This document shows, piece by piece, positions 31,776-42,357 of a stretch of 44,484 nucleotides of DNA (the first letter of the stretch is position 1; each line of letters opens with the position of its first letter). The notes beneath the pieces are model-generated. The model had not been told where the DNA came from. It ran no database searches and was given only the letters and a program-made list of their open reading frames with translations. This DNA is from Gammaproteobacteria bacterium. GTDB lineage: Bacteria > Pseudomonadota > Gammaproteobacteria > Natronospirales > REEB76. Made by a program: the position numbers and the translations under genes. Where the stretch lies: contig JBOIAZ010000132.1 in the NCBI GenBank assembly GCA_050739175.1, forward strand, positions 1 through 44,484, written 5' to 3'.

Positions 31776-33566
31776 ATGCTGACTTCCCGCTTCCCCTTAT
31801 GCACCATCAAGGAAACTCCGGCTGACGCCGACACCGCCAGTCACCGGCTGATGCTGCGCGCCGGAATGATCCGCAAGCTCGCGGCCGGCATTTACTCCTG
31901 GCTGCCACTCGGTCTGCGGGTATTGCGCAGGGTCGAAGCCGTGGTACGCGAGGAGATGCTCCGCGCCGACGCCGCCGAACTGCTCATGCCCTCGGTGCAG
32001 CCCAGGGAACTGTGGGAAGAATCCGGCCGCTGGGGAAAATACGGCCACCTGCTGCTGCGCATGCAGGACCGCAAGGAACAATGGTACTGCTATGGCCCGA
32101 CGCACGAAGAGGTCATCTGCGACATCGTGCGCAACGAAATCCGCAGTTACAAGCAACTGCCGCTCACGCTGTTCCAGATCCAGACCAAGTTCCGCGACGA
32201 GATCCGGCCGCGCTTCGGCGTGATGCGCGCACGCGAGTTCGTGATGAAGGACGCCTATTCATTTCACCTGGACCAGGCCAGCCTGGATGCGACCTACCAG
32301 GTGATGTACGACGCTTATGCGCGCATCTTCACGCGCCTTGGCCTGAAATTCCGCGCGGTGCAGGCCGACAGCGGCGACATCGGCGGCGACATCAGTCACG
32401 AATTCCAGGTGCTGGCCGAGTCCGGCGAGGACGCGATTGCGTTCTCCGACCAGTCGGATTATGCCGCCAATATGGAAATGGCCGAGGCATTGGCACCATC
32501 CGGCGAGCGGCCAAAGCCGTCAGAGGATTGCCGGGAAATGCCTACACCGGGTAAAACGAGTTGTGAGGAAGTGGCAGAATTTTTGAATGTGCCCTTGACC
32601 AAAACCGTAAAAGCCATTGCGGTCGTTGGTTCAGGTGGATTTGCTTTGGTGCTGGTACGCGGCGATCACGAGGTAAATGAAACCAAGCTCAGAAAAATAC
32701 CCGGTTTTGAAAATCACCGATTGGCCACAGAAGACGAAATAAAAGACCATCTGGGATGCCGTCCAGGGTATATCGGACCGGCTTATCTCAATTTATCCAA
32801 AGACATCGCGACAGGTCGGACTTTATATAACCGAACATCCGACAAAGCCGAGCCCATTCCCTTTCGCCCATTCACGATAATCGTTGACAGAACAGTCAAT
32901 CAGATGGCGGACTTCGTCTGCGGCGCGAATAAAGACGGGTTTCACTGCCGCGGCTTCAACTTGGATCGAGACGTAAAGCCCGGATACGCCGTTGCAGATA
33001 TTCGCAATGTAGTGGAAGGCGATCTCTCACCGGACGGTAAAGGCACGCTCAGGATCGCCCGCGGCATCGAGGTCGGACACATTTTCCAGAACGGTCGCAA
33101 GTACACCGAAGCCATGCACGTCGGCGTGCTCGACGAACAAGGCAAGCTGCAAACCCCGCTCACCGGGTGTTACGGCATCGGCGTTTCGCGCATCGTGGCC
33201 GCCGCCATCGAGCAGAATCATGACGAGCACGGCATCATCTGGCCGGAACCGCTGGCGCCGTTCCAGATTGCATTGCTGCCGCTCAACATGCACAAATCAC
33301 CGCAACTGCAGGCGGCGGCGGATGAGATCTATCGCGAGCTCGTGGCTGCGGGCTGTGACGTGCTCATGGATGACCGCGAGCTGCGCCCCGGACCGATGTT
33401 CGCCGACATGGAACTGATCGGTATCCCGCACCGGCTGGTGCTCTCGGACCGCGGCCTCGGCGCCGGTACGGTCGAGTACAAGGGCCGGCGCGACGCCCAG
33501 CCGCAAGACGTCGCACGCATGAATCTGTTGCCGTTCCTGAAAGCACGCCTGCAGGCATCAACCTAG
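31776..33566 (+). CDS. proS: proline--tRNA ligase ProS (bacterial type with INS editing domain)
   Basis: 596-aa ORF with class II motifs ([25 protein letters not shown]; [17 protein letters not shown]) and a C-terminal anticodon-binding domain. Confidence 0.95.
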   Translation: MLTSRFPLCTIKETPADADTASHRLMLRAGMIRKLAAGIYSWLPLGLRVLRRVEAVVREEMLRADAAELLMPSVQPRELWEESGRWGKYGHLLLRMQDRKEQWYCYGPTHEEVICDIVRNEIRSYKQLPLTLFQIQTKFRDEIRPRFGVMRAREFVMKDAYSFHLDQASLDATYQVMYDAYARIFTRLGLKFRAVQADSGDIGGDISHEFQVLAESGEDAIAFSDQSDYAANMEMAEALAPSGERPKPSEDCREMPTPGKTSCEEVAEFLNVPLTKTVKAIAVVGSGGFALVLVRGDHEVNETKLRKIPGFENHRLATEDEIKDHLGCRPGYIGPAYLNLSKDIATGRTLYNRTSDKAEPIPFRPFTIIVDRTVNQMADFVCGANKDGFHCRGFNLDRDVKPGYAVADIRNVVEGDLSPDGKGTLRIARGIEVGHIFQNGRKYTEAMHVGVLDEQGKLQTPLTGCYGIGVSRIVAAAIEQNHDEHGIIWPEPLAPFQIALLPLNMHKSPQLQAAADEIYRELVAAGCDVLMDDRELRPGPMFADMELIGIPHRLVLSDRGLGAGTVEYKGRRDAQPQDVARMNLLPFLKARLQAST

Positions 33567-33568
33567 AC

Positions 33569-34150
33569 GTGCCAATGCGCTGGCTGCCTGCTCTGCTATT
33601 GTTTGCGGCTGCTCTCGCAGCCGGTCTGCCGGCCAATGCACAGAAATTGACGCCGCCCAGCCCGGAACTGATTGCGCTGGTGCAGAAAGCGGCGGCGGAT
33701 CACACCAGCTTCAAGGACAAATACGACGCCCAGGTGTGGCTCATGACCATGTCCAATCGCCTGGCGCCGATCGTCCCGGACGTCAACAAACGCATGGCCC
33801 TGCTGGAATTGATCCATGCGGAAGCCACGCGCGCCGGCGTATCGCCGGAACTGGTGCTGTCCATCATCAACGTGGAGAGCAACTTCAAACGTTTCGCGGT
33901 GTCCGAGGCGGGGGCCCAGGGACTCATGCAAATCATGCCCTTCTGGCTGAAATTGAGCGGTCAGCCGAACGGCAACCTGTTCCATGAGAACACCAATCTG
34001 CGGCTTGGCTGCACCATCCTCAAGTACTACCTGCAGCGCTCGCATGGCGACATTCGCGAAGCCCTGCAGCGCTACAACGGCGCCACCGTCGGCATTGATT
34101 ACTCGGACCGGGTGCTCAAGGCCTTGACCAACAGGTGGCGCTGGGATTAG
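33569..34150 (+). CDS. lytic transglycosylase (SLT domain) with signal peptide
   Basis: 193-aa ORF. The signal peptide is MRWLPALLLFAAALAAGLPANA. The SLT catalytic motif is INVESNF...AGAQGLMQIMP...Y. The start is either GTG 33569 or ATG 33575. Confidence 0.85.
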   Translation: MPMRWLPALLLFAAALAAGLPANAQKLTPPSPELIALVQKAAADHTSFKDKYDAQVWLMTMSNRLAPIVPDVNKRMALLELIHAEATRAGVSPELVLSIINVESNFKRFAVSEAGAQGLMQIMPFWLKLSGQPNGNLFHENTNLRLGCTILKYYLQRSHGDIREALQRYNGATVGIDYSDRVLKALTNRWRWD

Positions 34151-34650
34151 CGCTGCGTTTCTGTCTCGCGCACTGCTTTCAATCACTGGATAATTTATGC
34201 AGGGCTTTCGCGCCCCTGCGACGAGCCCCTTTGTCTTTGCTGGTCCAAAGAATAGGGCCAAAAAGAAGGGGCGCCCGCGAATGCCGCTGCCTGCGGCGGT
34301 CTCCTGCGCGCTGCGCTCGCCGCGAAGTGCGACCGAGAGGAGGTCCTGCGCCTCGCGGCCGGAACGTCGCCCTCCCTGGCGGCACCCTGTGGTCTGACCG
34401 GGGGCGCTCCACTGCTCGGCGGCCTCCGGGGGTTGGGACGACAAAGTAAGGATGATCGCCCGCATGCGGTGTGAGCGTGTCTTACGCTTCCCGCGGATTC
34501 CGCTGAACGCACAGCGCCCGCAGGGACAAGCCTGCGAAGCAAATCGGGACGAGGGGCGCCCCGATCTGCTCGGTCTCTCCCAGAAAAGGGGGTAAGAACT
34601 GGATTCCGCGTTTGCCGGAGTGACGGTATTGCGTTACAGCCGCACGAGAT

Positions 34651-34938
34651 TTATCGCGTGGTAAACCCGTGCGGAATCTCCGTGCACTGCACTTCCCGCA
34701 CCACCACCTCACTCACCTTCGCGGCCTGCGGCCCGTGCCACAACCAGTCGCAGAGCGCGTCCACGGCCGCCAATTCGCCGCAGGCCAGTACTTCCACACG
34801 CCCATCGGCCAGATTCCTGGCATAACCCGTGACCTTGAGTTCGCGCGCGCGCTGGCCCGTGCTGGCGCGGTAAAACACGCCCTGCACGCGACCGGATACA
34901 AAGCAATGCTTGCAGACGATCACGGACCCCTTGTGCAT
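34651..34938 (-). CDS. acyP: acylphosphatase
   Basis: 95-aa ORF with VSGRVQGVFYR and GYARNLADGRVEV, the two acylphosphatase signatures. Confidence 0.85.
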   Translation of the reverse strand: MHKGSVIVCKHCFVSGRVQGVFYRASTGQRARELKVTGYARNLADGRVEVLACGELAAVDALCDWLWHGPQAAKVSEVVVREVQCTEIPHGFTTR

Positions 34939-34940
34939 GC

Positions 34941-34971
34941 AAAAAAAGAAAGGGCCCGTGAGGGCCCTTTC
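34941..34971 (-). terminator. rho-independent terminator downstream of the LysM lipoprotein gene
   Basis: On the minus strand the sequence is gaaagggccc-tcac-gggccctttc followed by TTTTTTT. The T-tract ends 3 nt before the acyP ATG. Confidence 0.65.
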
Positions 34972-34991
34972 TCCGAGTCGTCAATCGACAC

Positions 34992-35768
34992 TCAGCCGCC
35001 GCTGGCCGGCGGTGTGAGCGTGCCGTTCAGCCATTCCTGATCGCGCTTGTCGGCCTTGTGGTTCTTCCACGCACCGCGGTGCTGCGCATACCAGGTGGCA
35101 GAACCCACATCGGTTTTGAGCGGATTGGTCACCACATTGAGGTTCTGCTTCGGATAAATCAGGTCCGCGTGCTTGATGGAATCCGAATTGGCCTTGAAGA
35201 TCAATGGCCACTCCAGCGAATTGCCATACACGTCGGATTTGCCGGCAATGCGCCACAAGCTGTCACCACGCACCACGGTGTAGGTGCTCTTGGCCGCCTG
35301 CAACTGCGCCACCAGCGCCGAGCAGGTGTCATACGCCGGTTTGCCCTGGTTGTTGTTGATGTCGGTCTGGCACTGATTCAGGCTGTTCTGTTCGTCGGTA
35401 TTCAGGTTGGTATAGCCCTGAGCCTGAGTCAGCAGATCCTTGGCGTGATTCAGATAGCAGGCATTAAGTGCGGTTTCCGCATCCTGCTTGGCCTGGGCAG
35501 CGAGCTGCTGGGCTTTGGCATTGTCGCCGGCCTGACCGGCCGTCTGCGCCTGCGCCAGCAGTTGCGAGGCATCCCCGGTGTCGGTGCACGGCGCCTGCGC
35601 ACCGTTGATCACCGCCTGGGCGTCAGCAATCGCCTGTGTGGTCGCTGCATTCGGTCCCGGAGGCGGCGGCGGTGCCACCTGGGGTTGCACTTTGTGCGTC
35701 GCACAACCGACGGCGATCCCGACAGTCAGTAACACGATAGCAAGCTGCTTGGCGTAATTTTTAATCAT
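34992..35768 (-). CDS. LysM-domain lipoprotein with Ala/Gln-rich helical N-terminal region
   Basis: 258 aa from MIKNYAKQLAIVLLTVGIAVGC (lipobox). The LysM motif is YTVVRGDSLWRIAGKSDVYGNSLEWPLIFKANSDSIKHADLIYPKQNL. Confidence 0.8.
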   Translation of the reverse strand: MIKNYAKQLAIVLLTVGIAVGCATHKVQPQVAPPPPPGPNAATTQAIADAQAVINGAQAPCTDTGDASQLLAQAQTAGQAGDNAKAQQLAAQAKQDAETALNACYLNHAKDLLTQAQGYTNLNTDEQNSLNQCQTDINNNQGKPAYDTCSALVAQLQAAKSTYTVVRGDSLWRIAGKSDVYGNSLEWPLIFKANSDSIKHADLIYPKQNLNVVTNPLKTDVGSATWYAQHRGAWKNHKADKRDQEWLNGTLTPPASGG

Positions 35769-35922
35769 GGCAATCGTCTCCAACCTTGTTGTTTTGACAA
35801 TGGTTTAAAAAACCGGGGGAACCCGTTAGTCGGGCTGGGGAAAAAGGTGGCACAAGGGTAGCGCGGTGCCGGCTCGGGGTCAAGCAAACCCCAAGTCTTT
35901 GCCCATGAAATCCCGTGCAAAT

Positions 35923-36240
35923 TCAAGGAGGTGAAGGTCCGCCGGAACCTTGCTGCTGGGCAATGCGCAGTGCCTTGACGGCGTGATCACGCGCGTGCAT
36001 GGCATCCGCGCGGGCGGTGCCGTAATCCCCTTTGTCCAGAGCAGCTTGCGCTGCCTGCAAAAGGCTTTCTGCCTCGGTCATTTCCCTGCTTGCTGTATGC
36101 GCCGCACCCATCTGGCGGGCCGCAGCTACCGCTTGTCGGGCATTGCTCATTTCCTGCACCGGCGCTCCGGCACAAGCGACCACCGCCAGCACCACCATCA
36201 TAGGCACGAGTCGCCCGACTGCTGAAATACGAAAGCGCAC
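35923..36240 (-). CDS. small helical lipoprotein, DUF4398-like
   Basis: 105-aa ORF with signal peptide plus lipobox VLAVVAC, followed by Ala-rich helices (EAESLLQAAQAALDKGDYGTARADAMHARDHA). The family call is from memory. Confidence 0.6.
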   Translation of the reverse strand: MRFRISAVGRLVPMMVVLAVVACAGAPVQEMSNARQAVAAARQMGAAHTASREMTEAESLLQAAQAALDKGDYGTARADAMHARDHAVKALRIAQQQGSGGPSPP

Positions 36241-36363
36241 TTGTTCGGTTCCGAGGGGGAAAATCAGCGGGACGTCAAGCTACCAACCGCCTCTCTACCC
36301 GTCAAGCGCGGCACGTGGGGTATATTTGGTGCGGCGTTCGTGCGCGGGCGTGAGGTCCGATGT

Positions 36364-36714
36364 ATGGCAAAAGTCACAATCTGGCACAACCCGCGCTGCA
36401 CGAAATCACGCGAGACGCTCGCATTGTTGCAATCGCGCGACAAAAAAATCCACCTAATCGAGTACCTCAAGAACCCGCCATCCGTGGCGGAAATACAAAA
36501 GGCTTTGGAGCTTTTGCGCATCGAGCCGCGCGCCCTGATGCGCAGCAACGAACCGGAATACCGCGAGCACCAGCTGGACAATCCAGCGCTTGGTCGTGCA
36601 CAGTTGATTGAGGCGCTGCATGCACATCCCATCCTGATACAGCGCCCGGTGGTGTTCGCCAACGGTCAGGCACGCATCGGCCGGCCTCCGGAATGCGTGC
36701 TGGAAATTCTCTGA
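36364..36714 (+). CDS. arsC: ArsC-family (glutaredoxin-dependent arsenate reductase / YfgD-like) protein
   Basis: 116 aa starting MAKVTIWHNPRCTKSRETLALL, with HPILIQRPVV. It is collinear with E. coli ArsC/YfgD, and proximity to hda matches the yfgD position. Confidence 0.8.
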   Translation: MAKVTIWHNPRCTKSRETLALLQSRDKKIHLIEYLKNPPSVAEIQKALELLRIEPRALMRSNEPEYREHQLDNPALGRAQLIEALHAHPILIQRPVVFANGQARIGRPPECVLEIL

Positions 36715-37661
<947 letters not shown>

Positions 37662-37739
37662 ATGCGGGTTGGGTCGAGGCGCGGCCGGAATGCGGCAGCC
37701 GATTCAAACACTGCCGAGGACCGGCAGGGCTCTCCCCGC

Positions 37740-38456
37740 TTACGACGGCCGCTTGTCGAGAAAGGATTTCACGAACGACAGCGTCAGGCGGCGCTGCGCC
37801 ACCAGGGACGCGGTATCCAAAGCATCCAGCGTGGCACACAGACTGCGCATGTCACGTTGCTGACGCTTGAGCAGGAAGTGTGCGGTATCGTCCGGTAACT
37901 CGAAGCCCCGGCGTGCGGCGCGTTGTTTCAACGCCCGGACTTTTTCTTCGTCATTCAACGGCTCCAACTGAAACACCGGTCCCCAGGAAAGGCGCGAAGC
38001 CAGATCCGGCAACAGGCGTTTGATGGCATTGGGCGCGGCGCGCGCGCTCGCCACGAAACTGCCGCCCTTGTCCGCGAGTGCATTGAACAAGGCAAACAGC
38101 GCTCGTTGCCAGGGCTCGATGCCGGCAACACGCTGCACGTCGTCCACGCACACCAGCGCGTAGCTGTCGAGATTGTCCGTCACCTGCGGATCAAGCAGCA
38201 CCGCCTGATCCATGGGCAGGTAAATGGCTCGCCGTCCGCTGGCAGTAGCCAGCCGGCAAGCGGCCTGCAGCAGATGTGACTTGCCGCGTCCATCCCCTCC
38301 CCATATAAACAGCGCGTGCTGCCCGCCGGATTGTGCCAACTGCTTGAGCGCATCGACCGCCGCCTGATTGCCGGCCGCGTGGAAATTCTCGAACGTCGCA
38401 CCCTCGTCGAGACTGATGGGCAACGGCAATTGGCTGCCAAAGGTCTCAACGATCAT
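37740..38456 (-). CDS. hda: DnaA regulatory inactivator Hda
   Basis: 238-aa ORF with QLPLPISL (clamp-binding-like N-terminus), the degenerate Walker A WGGDGRGKSHLLQA and DnaA domain III-like box motifs. Confidence 0.88.
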   Translation of the reverse strand: MIVETFGSQLPLPISLDEGATFENFHAAGNQAAVDALKQLAQSGGQHALFIWGGDGRGKSHLLQAACRLATASGRRAIYLPMDQAVLLDPQVTDNLDSYALVCVDDVQRVAGIEPWQRALFALFNALADKGGSFVASARAAPNAIKRLLPDLASRLSWGPVFQLEPLNDEEKVRALKQRAARRGFELPDDTAHFLLKRQQRDMRSLCATLDALDTASLVAQRRLTLSFVKSFLDKRPS

Positions 38457-39520
38457 GTCGTGCCGCCGTCACTTCCCTGGTATAGGCGGCTCTGCACGTA
38501 ACGTTCGCGCGCATAGTTGAGTAGCACCTTGGTGGCTGCGGCTGCCGGCAGCGCCAACAGGATACCGGCGAAGCCGAACAGCGCGCCGCCCACGAGGATG
38601 GAGAAAATCACCAGCGCTGGATGCAGACCGATGCGCTCACCCACGAGCCGCGGTGTGAGCACCAGGTCCGACAGCAGCTGACCGGCAATGAACACGATCA
38701 CCACGGAGAGCAGCAGCCAGCTCCCGCCCTGCAGCAACGCGGTGAGCAGCGCCAGGCCGACGCCGGTAATGACGCCAAGATAGGGTACGAAACTCAGCAA
38801 TCCCGCGACCACGCCGATGGCGATGGGATTATTCAGGCCGATGATGAACAGCACCACGCTGTAGAAAACCGCAAGCGCCGCCATCACCAGCAACTGGCCG
38901 CGCAGGAACGCGCCGAGGACAGCGTCGCACTCGCGCGCCAGCCGTACCACGATGGGCGCGGCCTTCTGCGGCACCAGTTCCACGAGCCGCTGCATGAGCA
39001 CGTGCCAGTCGCGCAGCAAATAGAAAGTCACCACCGGAATCAGAACCAGGTTGATGAAAAATTCGAATACCGCAGCCGCTGAACTTGACACCGTCACCAG
39101 CACCTGGCCGGCCAGTTTGCCGGCGGACTCGAAATTGGAACTCACCAGGTCCATGAGCTTCGAGGGTTGCAACGCACCGGGTTGGATGCCGAAATGCGCG
39201 GTCAGCCACGGCAGCGCATGCACCTGGAACCAGGCGGCGGCTTCCGGCGCGTGCGCAAACAGCGCCGCGATTTCGCGGATGACCATGGGAATCACCAACA
39301 CCAGAATCAGGCCGAGCACGATAAACGTCAGCAGGAACACCGCCAGCACTGCGACGCTGCGCGGGAATTTCCAGCGCTGCAACCGGTCCACCAGCGGATA
39401 GCCCAGGTAGGCGAGGATGAAGCTCGCAAAAAACGGCACCAGCACCGGCCGCAGAAAATGCAGCAGGATGGCGGCGATTACCAGGAGCGCCAGCGCCCAG
39501 AGTTTCTGCGCTGCGCTCAT
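38453..39520 (-). CDS. AI-2E family transporter (PerM/YfgO-like permease)
   Basis: 355 aa from MSAAQKLWALALLV, with about 8 TM helices and typical AI-2E spacing. It shows an ATGA overlap with hda. Confidence 0.85.
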   Translation of the reverse strand: MSAAQKLWALALLVIAAILLHFLRPVLVPFFASFILAYLGYPLVDRLQRWKFPRSVAVLAVFLLTFIVLGLILVLVIPMVIREIAALFAHAPEAAAWFQVHALPWLTAHFGIQPGALQPSKLMDLVSSNFESAGKLAGQVLVTVSSSAAAVFEFFINLVLIPVVTFYLLRDWHVLMQRLVELVPQKAAPIVVRLARECDAVLGAFLRGQLLVMAALAVFYSVVLFIIGLNNPIAIGVVAGLLSFVPYLGVITGVGLALLTALLQGGSWLLLSVVIVFIAGQLLSDLVLTPRLVGERIGLHPALVIFSILVGGALFGFAGILLALPAAAATKVLLNYARERYVQSRLYQGSDGGTT

Positions 39521-40077
39521 GCCGCTCTCCTGCCGGAAGCACGCGCCAGGCGCCATCCCCAGCGGAAGAAATAATCCACGCCGCTGGTGAGCGTGCTCAG
39601 GGCCACCGCCACCACCAGCGCCGGCAGCACGCCGCGCGGCACGATGTGCAGGTAATGCTGGATCACCGCCGCCAGCACCAGCAACAACTGCAAAAACGTG
39701 TTTACCTTGCTGAGCACGCTGGGTTGCGGATGGAAATCGCCCACCTGCCAGTGATACAAGGCCGCACCGGCGACGATCAAGATGTCGCGCGCAATCACGA
39801 TCACCGTGATCCACGCCGGTACCAGTCCCGCCCAGGTGGCCGCGAGGAAACTCCCGGCCACGAACAGCTTGTCGGCGAGCGGATCCAGAATCGCACCGGT
39901 GCGCGTCACCCAGCCAAAGCGTTTGGCCAGCAGGCCGTCGAGCGCATCGCTCACGCCAGCAATGATGATCAGGGTCAATGCGGCTTCATCCTGGCGACGC
40001 ACGATGCTCCAGGCCGCGGGCACCACCAGCAGCATGCGCGTGACACTGATGGCATTGGGTATCCAGCGGGCGTTCAC
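39517..40077 (-). CDS. CDP-alcohol phosphatidyltransferase family protein (small, PgsA-like)
   Basis: 186 aa from a GTG that overlaps the upstream stop (GTGA). The motif is SDALDGLLAKRFGWVTRTGAILDPLADK (D.xDG...R....G...D...D). Confidence 0.75.
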   Translation of the reverse strand: MNARWIPNAISVTRMLLVVPAAWSIVRRQDEAALTLIIIAGVSDALDGLLAKRFGWVTRTGAILDPLADKLFVAGSFLAATWAGLVPAWITVIVIARDILIVAGAALYHWQVGDFHPQPSVLSKVNTFLQLLLVLAAVIQHYLHIVPRGVLPALVVAVALSTLTSGVDYFFRWGWRLARASGRRAA

Positions 40078-41219
40078 GGCGCATACTGGAATTGCAGTAC
40101 GGTCGCGGTCGGCGGGCTGGCACTGACCGCGGCCGGCGCCGTGGTCTTGAGCAGATCGCCGAGCAGCACGGCTTGCTGCAGGTTGGCAAGGTCCCCACGG
40201 GTGTCGAGACTGAAATACACGGTGTGGTTGTCCACCCGCGTTACCTGCACCGACTTCACCGGCGTGAGCTCGCCGAGATAGGCCAGCACCTTGGCGTAGG
40301 CATCCACGCCTATGATGCCGCTGACGCTGAGCATCACGCCGTTCAATCCGATGGCATCCGGTGCAAGCGCGAACCATTTGACATCATTGTCCGCGGCTGT
40401 CTGCATGCCATCCGCGGCAACGCTCGCCAGATCACCGGGCGGAGTGCTCCAAGCGGCGGTCTGCGTTCCCACGGCGAGCTGCCAGCGCGCCGCATACCGG
40501 CCGGGCGTGGTCATGTAGATGCTGCCGACCAGCGTGGCGTCGGATTTATAGCGCTGCGATGCCTGCTGGATGCGCGCGCTGTTGTCCTGAGTGATGTCGG
40601 GAATACCGATGGCCTGCTGATCCACCGCGTCCATGCTGGGGAAAATCAGCGGCACGCCGCGCTGCTGCGCGGCACTGTTCATGGCCTGTGCAATCACCGG
40701 ATTGTTGGAGTCGGAAACGATGCTCACCTGGGCGCCATCCTGCAACGCGATCCACACCAGCGTCATCGGCCGTTCCCGGCCCCAGAGCGGCTCATGCGCG
40801 GCACGCACTGCCTGGTCCACCACCTCGGGATCAAAGCGCGCCGAAAGCAGCAAACCGGTGGGCGGGATGGCCGGCGTGCCGGTACGCGTCAAATCATAAT
40901 AAGTCAGCGCTGGCGCACCCCCGGTCTTGGGCACCTGATCATAACGATATTGCTGCAGGAACTGCGCAGGGTTCTGAACAAGATTCGCCAGCGCCGGCAC
41001 GTCGCCCGCACTGCGTTCGCCGGTGATTTTCACCAGCACCGCCGCCAATGCCTGTTGCAAGGCCACCCGCCGCGTGGCAGGGGACTGATCCGGCACCGGC
41101 ACGCTGGCTTCATATAAACCCGTGACTACGGTCGCGTAAGCGTTCATGCCGGCGCACAACAAGATCCCCATCAGCAAAGCGCTTATCCATACAAGCGTGT
41201 GACGCACCGGCTTCTCCAT
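40074..41219 (-). CDS. DUF2066-type periplasmic protein
   Basis: 381 aa from [29 protein letters not shown] (signal peptide). It is divergent from purM, which is the conserved location of DUF2066 genes. The family call rests on synteny and memory. Confidence 0.7.
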   Translation of the reverse strand: MEKPVRHTLVWISALLMGILLCAGMNAYATVVTGLYEASVPVPDQSPATRRVALQQALAAVLVKITGERSAGDVPALANLVQNPAQFLQQYRYDQVPKTGGAPALTYYDLTRTGTPAIPPTGLLLSARFDPEVVDQAVRAAHEPLWGRERPMTLVWIALQDGAQVSIVSDSNNPVIAQAMNSAAQQRGVPLIFPSMDAVDQQAIGIPDITQDNSARIQQASQRYKSDATLVGSIYMTTPGRYAARWQLAVGTQTAAWSTPPGDLASVAADGMQTAADNDVKWFALAPDAIGLNGVMLSVSGIIGVDAYAKVLAYLGELTPVKSVQVTRVDNHTVYFSLDTRGDLANLQQAVLLGDLLKTTAPAAVSASPPTATVLQFQYAP

Positions 41220-41331
41220 ATTTGGGAACGCCCGCCCCACCCGGAGCAATGGCTCCCCACGTGTAGAATATACAGGCTTACACCATTGTTCGGCGAGCCG
41301 CGCTCGCCCCAGCAAGCGGGAAGCTTCCGGG

Positions 41332-42357
41332 ATGTCAAAAAAGCCGCTTACCTACCGCGACGCGGGCGTGGATATTGACGCCGGTGACACGCTGGTGGAG
41401 CGCATCGCACCGGCTGCGGCGCGCACCCACAGGCCCGAGGTGCTGGGCGGCATCGGCGGTTTCGGTGCGCTGGTGGAGATCCCTGCCGGTTACCGCCATC
41501 CGGTGCTGGTGTCCGGCACCGACGGCGTCGGCACCAAGCTCAAGCTCGCCGTTGAATCCGGCCGTCACGAAAGCATCGGCATTGACCTGGTCGCGATGTG
41601 CGTCAATGACATCGTGGTGTCGGGCGCCGAGCCGCTGTTTTTCCTGGATTACTACGCGAGCGGCAAGCTCGACGTGAACATTGCGGAGTCCGTGATCAAA
41701 GGCATCGCGCGCGGCTGCGAGCTGGCCGGCTGCGCGCTGGTCGGCGGCGAAACCGCGGAATTGCCCGGCCTGTATCAGGACGAGGATTACGACTTGGCGG
41801 GCTTCGCGGTCGGCGTGGTGGAAAAAAGCCGAATAATTGACGGACGCGCGGTCAAGGCCGGAGATGTGGTCATCGGCCTCGCCTCTTCCGGCCCGCATTC
41901 CAACGGCTACTCGCTGATCCGCAAAGTCCTGCAGCAGAGCAGCGCCAAATTCGAGCAGCGCATCGCCGGGCGGGCGTTGATCGAGGTATTGCTTGCACCC
42001 ACACGCATCTACGTGAAAACCCTGCTGGCGCTGATGAAGGAAATCCCGCTGCACGCGCTCGCCCACATCACCGGCGGCGGGCTGCTGGGAAACATCCCAC
42101 GCGTGATTCCCGAAGGCTTAAGCGTCGCGCTGGATGCCAAATCCTGGCCGCGACCGGCGATCTTCGACTGGCTGGCGCGCGAGGGCAACATCGCGGAGCA
42201 CGAAATGTACCGCACCTTCAACATGGGACTGGGCATGACGCTATGCGTCGCAACCGCGGACGCGGACCGTACACTCGCCTGGTTGAAGCGCGCCGACGAA
42301 CCGGCCTGGCGGATCGGCGAAGTACGCGCCGGCGGCGCAGGCGTCACGATTTCCTGA
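41332..42357 (+). CDS. purM: phosphoribosylformylglycinamidine cyclo-ligase PurM
   Basis: 341-aa ORF starting [14 protein letters not shown], with [10 protein letters not shown] and GGETAE motifs. Confidence 0.95.
   Translation: MSKKPLTYRDAGVDIDAGDTLVERIAPAAARTHRPEVLGGIGGFGALVEIPAGYRHPVLVSGTDGVGTKLKLAVESGRHESIGIDLVAMCVNDIVVSGAEPLFFLDYYASGKLDVNIAESVIKGIARGCELAGCALVGGETAELPGLYQDEDYDLAGFAVGVVEKSRIIDGRAVKAGDVVIGLASSGPHSNGYSLIRKVLQQSSAKFEQRIAGRALIEVLLAPTRIYVKTLLALMKEIPLHALAHITGGGLLGNIPRVIPEGLSVALDAKSWPRPAIFDWLAREGNIAEHEMYRTFNMGLGMTLCVATADADRTLAWLKRADEPAWRIGEVRAGGAGVTIS

Noticed and set aside
34151-34650. Tested the non-coding tract by eye for RNase P RNA, tmRNA, SRP/4.5S RNA, 6S RNA and a cobalamin riboswitch
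   Set aside because: There is no GGAAAGUCCGG (RNase P P4) and no tRNA-like 3' end or GGGGCUGAUUCUGGAUUCGAC (tmRNA). There is also no GGUCCGGAAGGAAGCAGCC (SRP). A B12-box-like gcaggagaccgcc occurs on the minus strand (34295-34307). However, the other cobalamin motifs are absent and no gene lies downstream on that strand.
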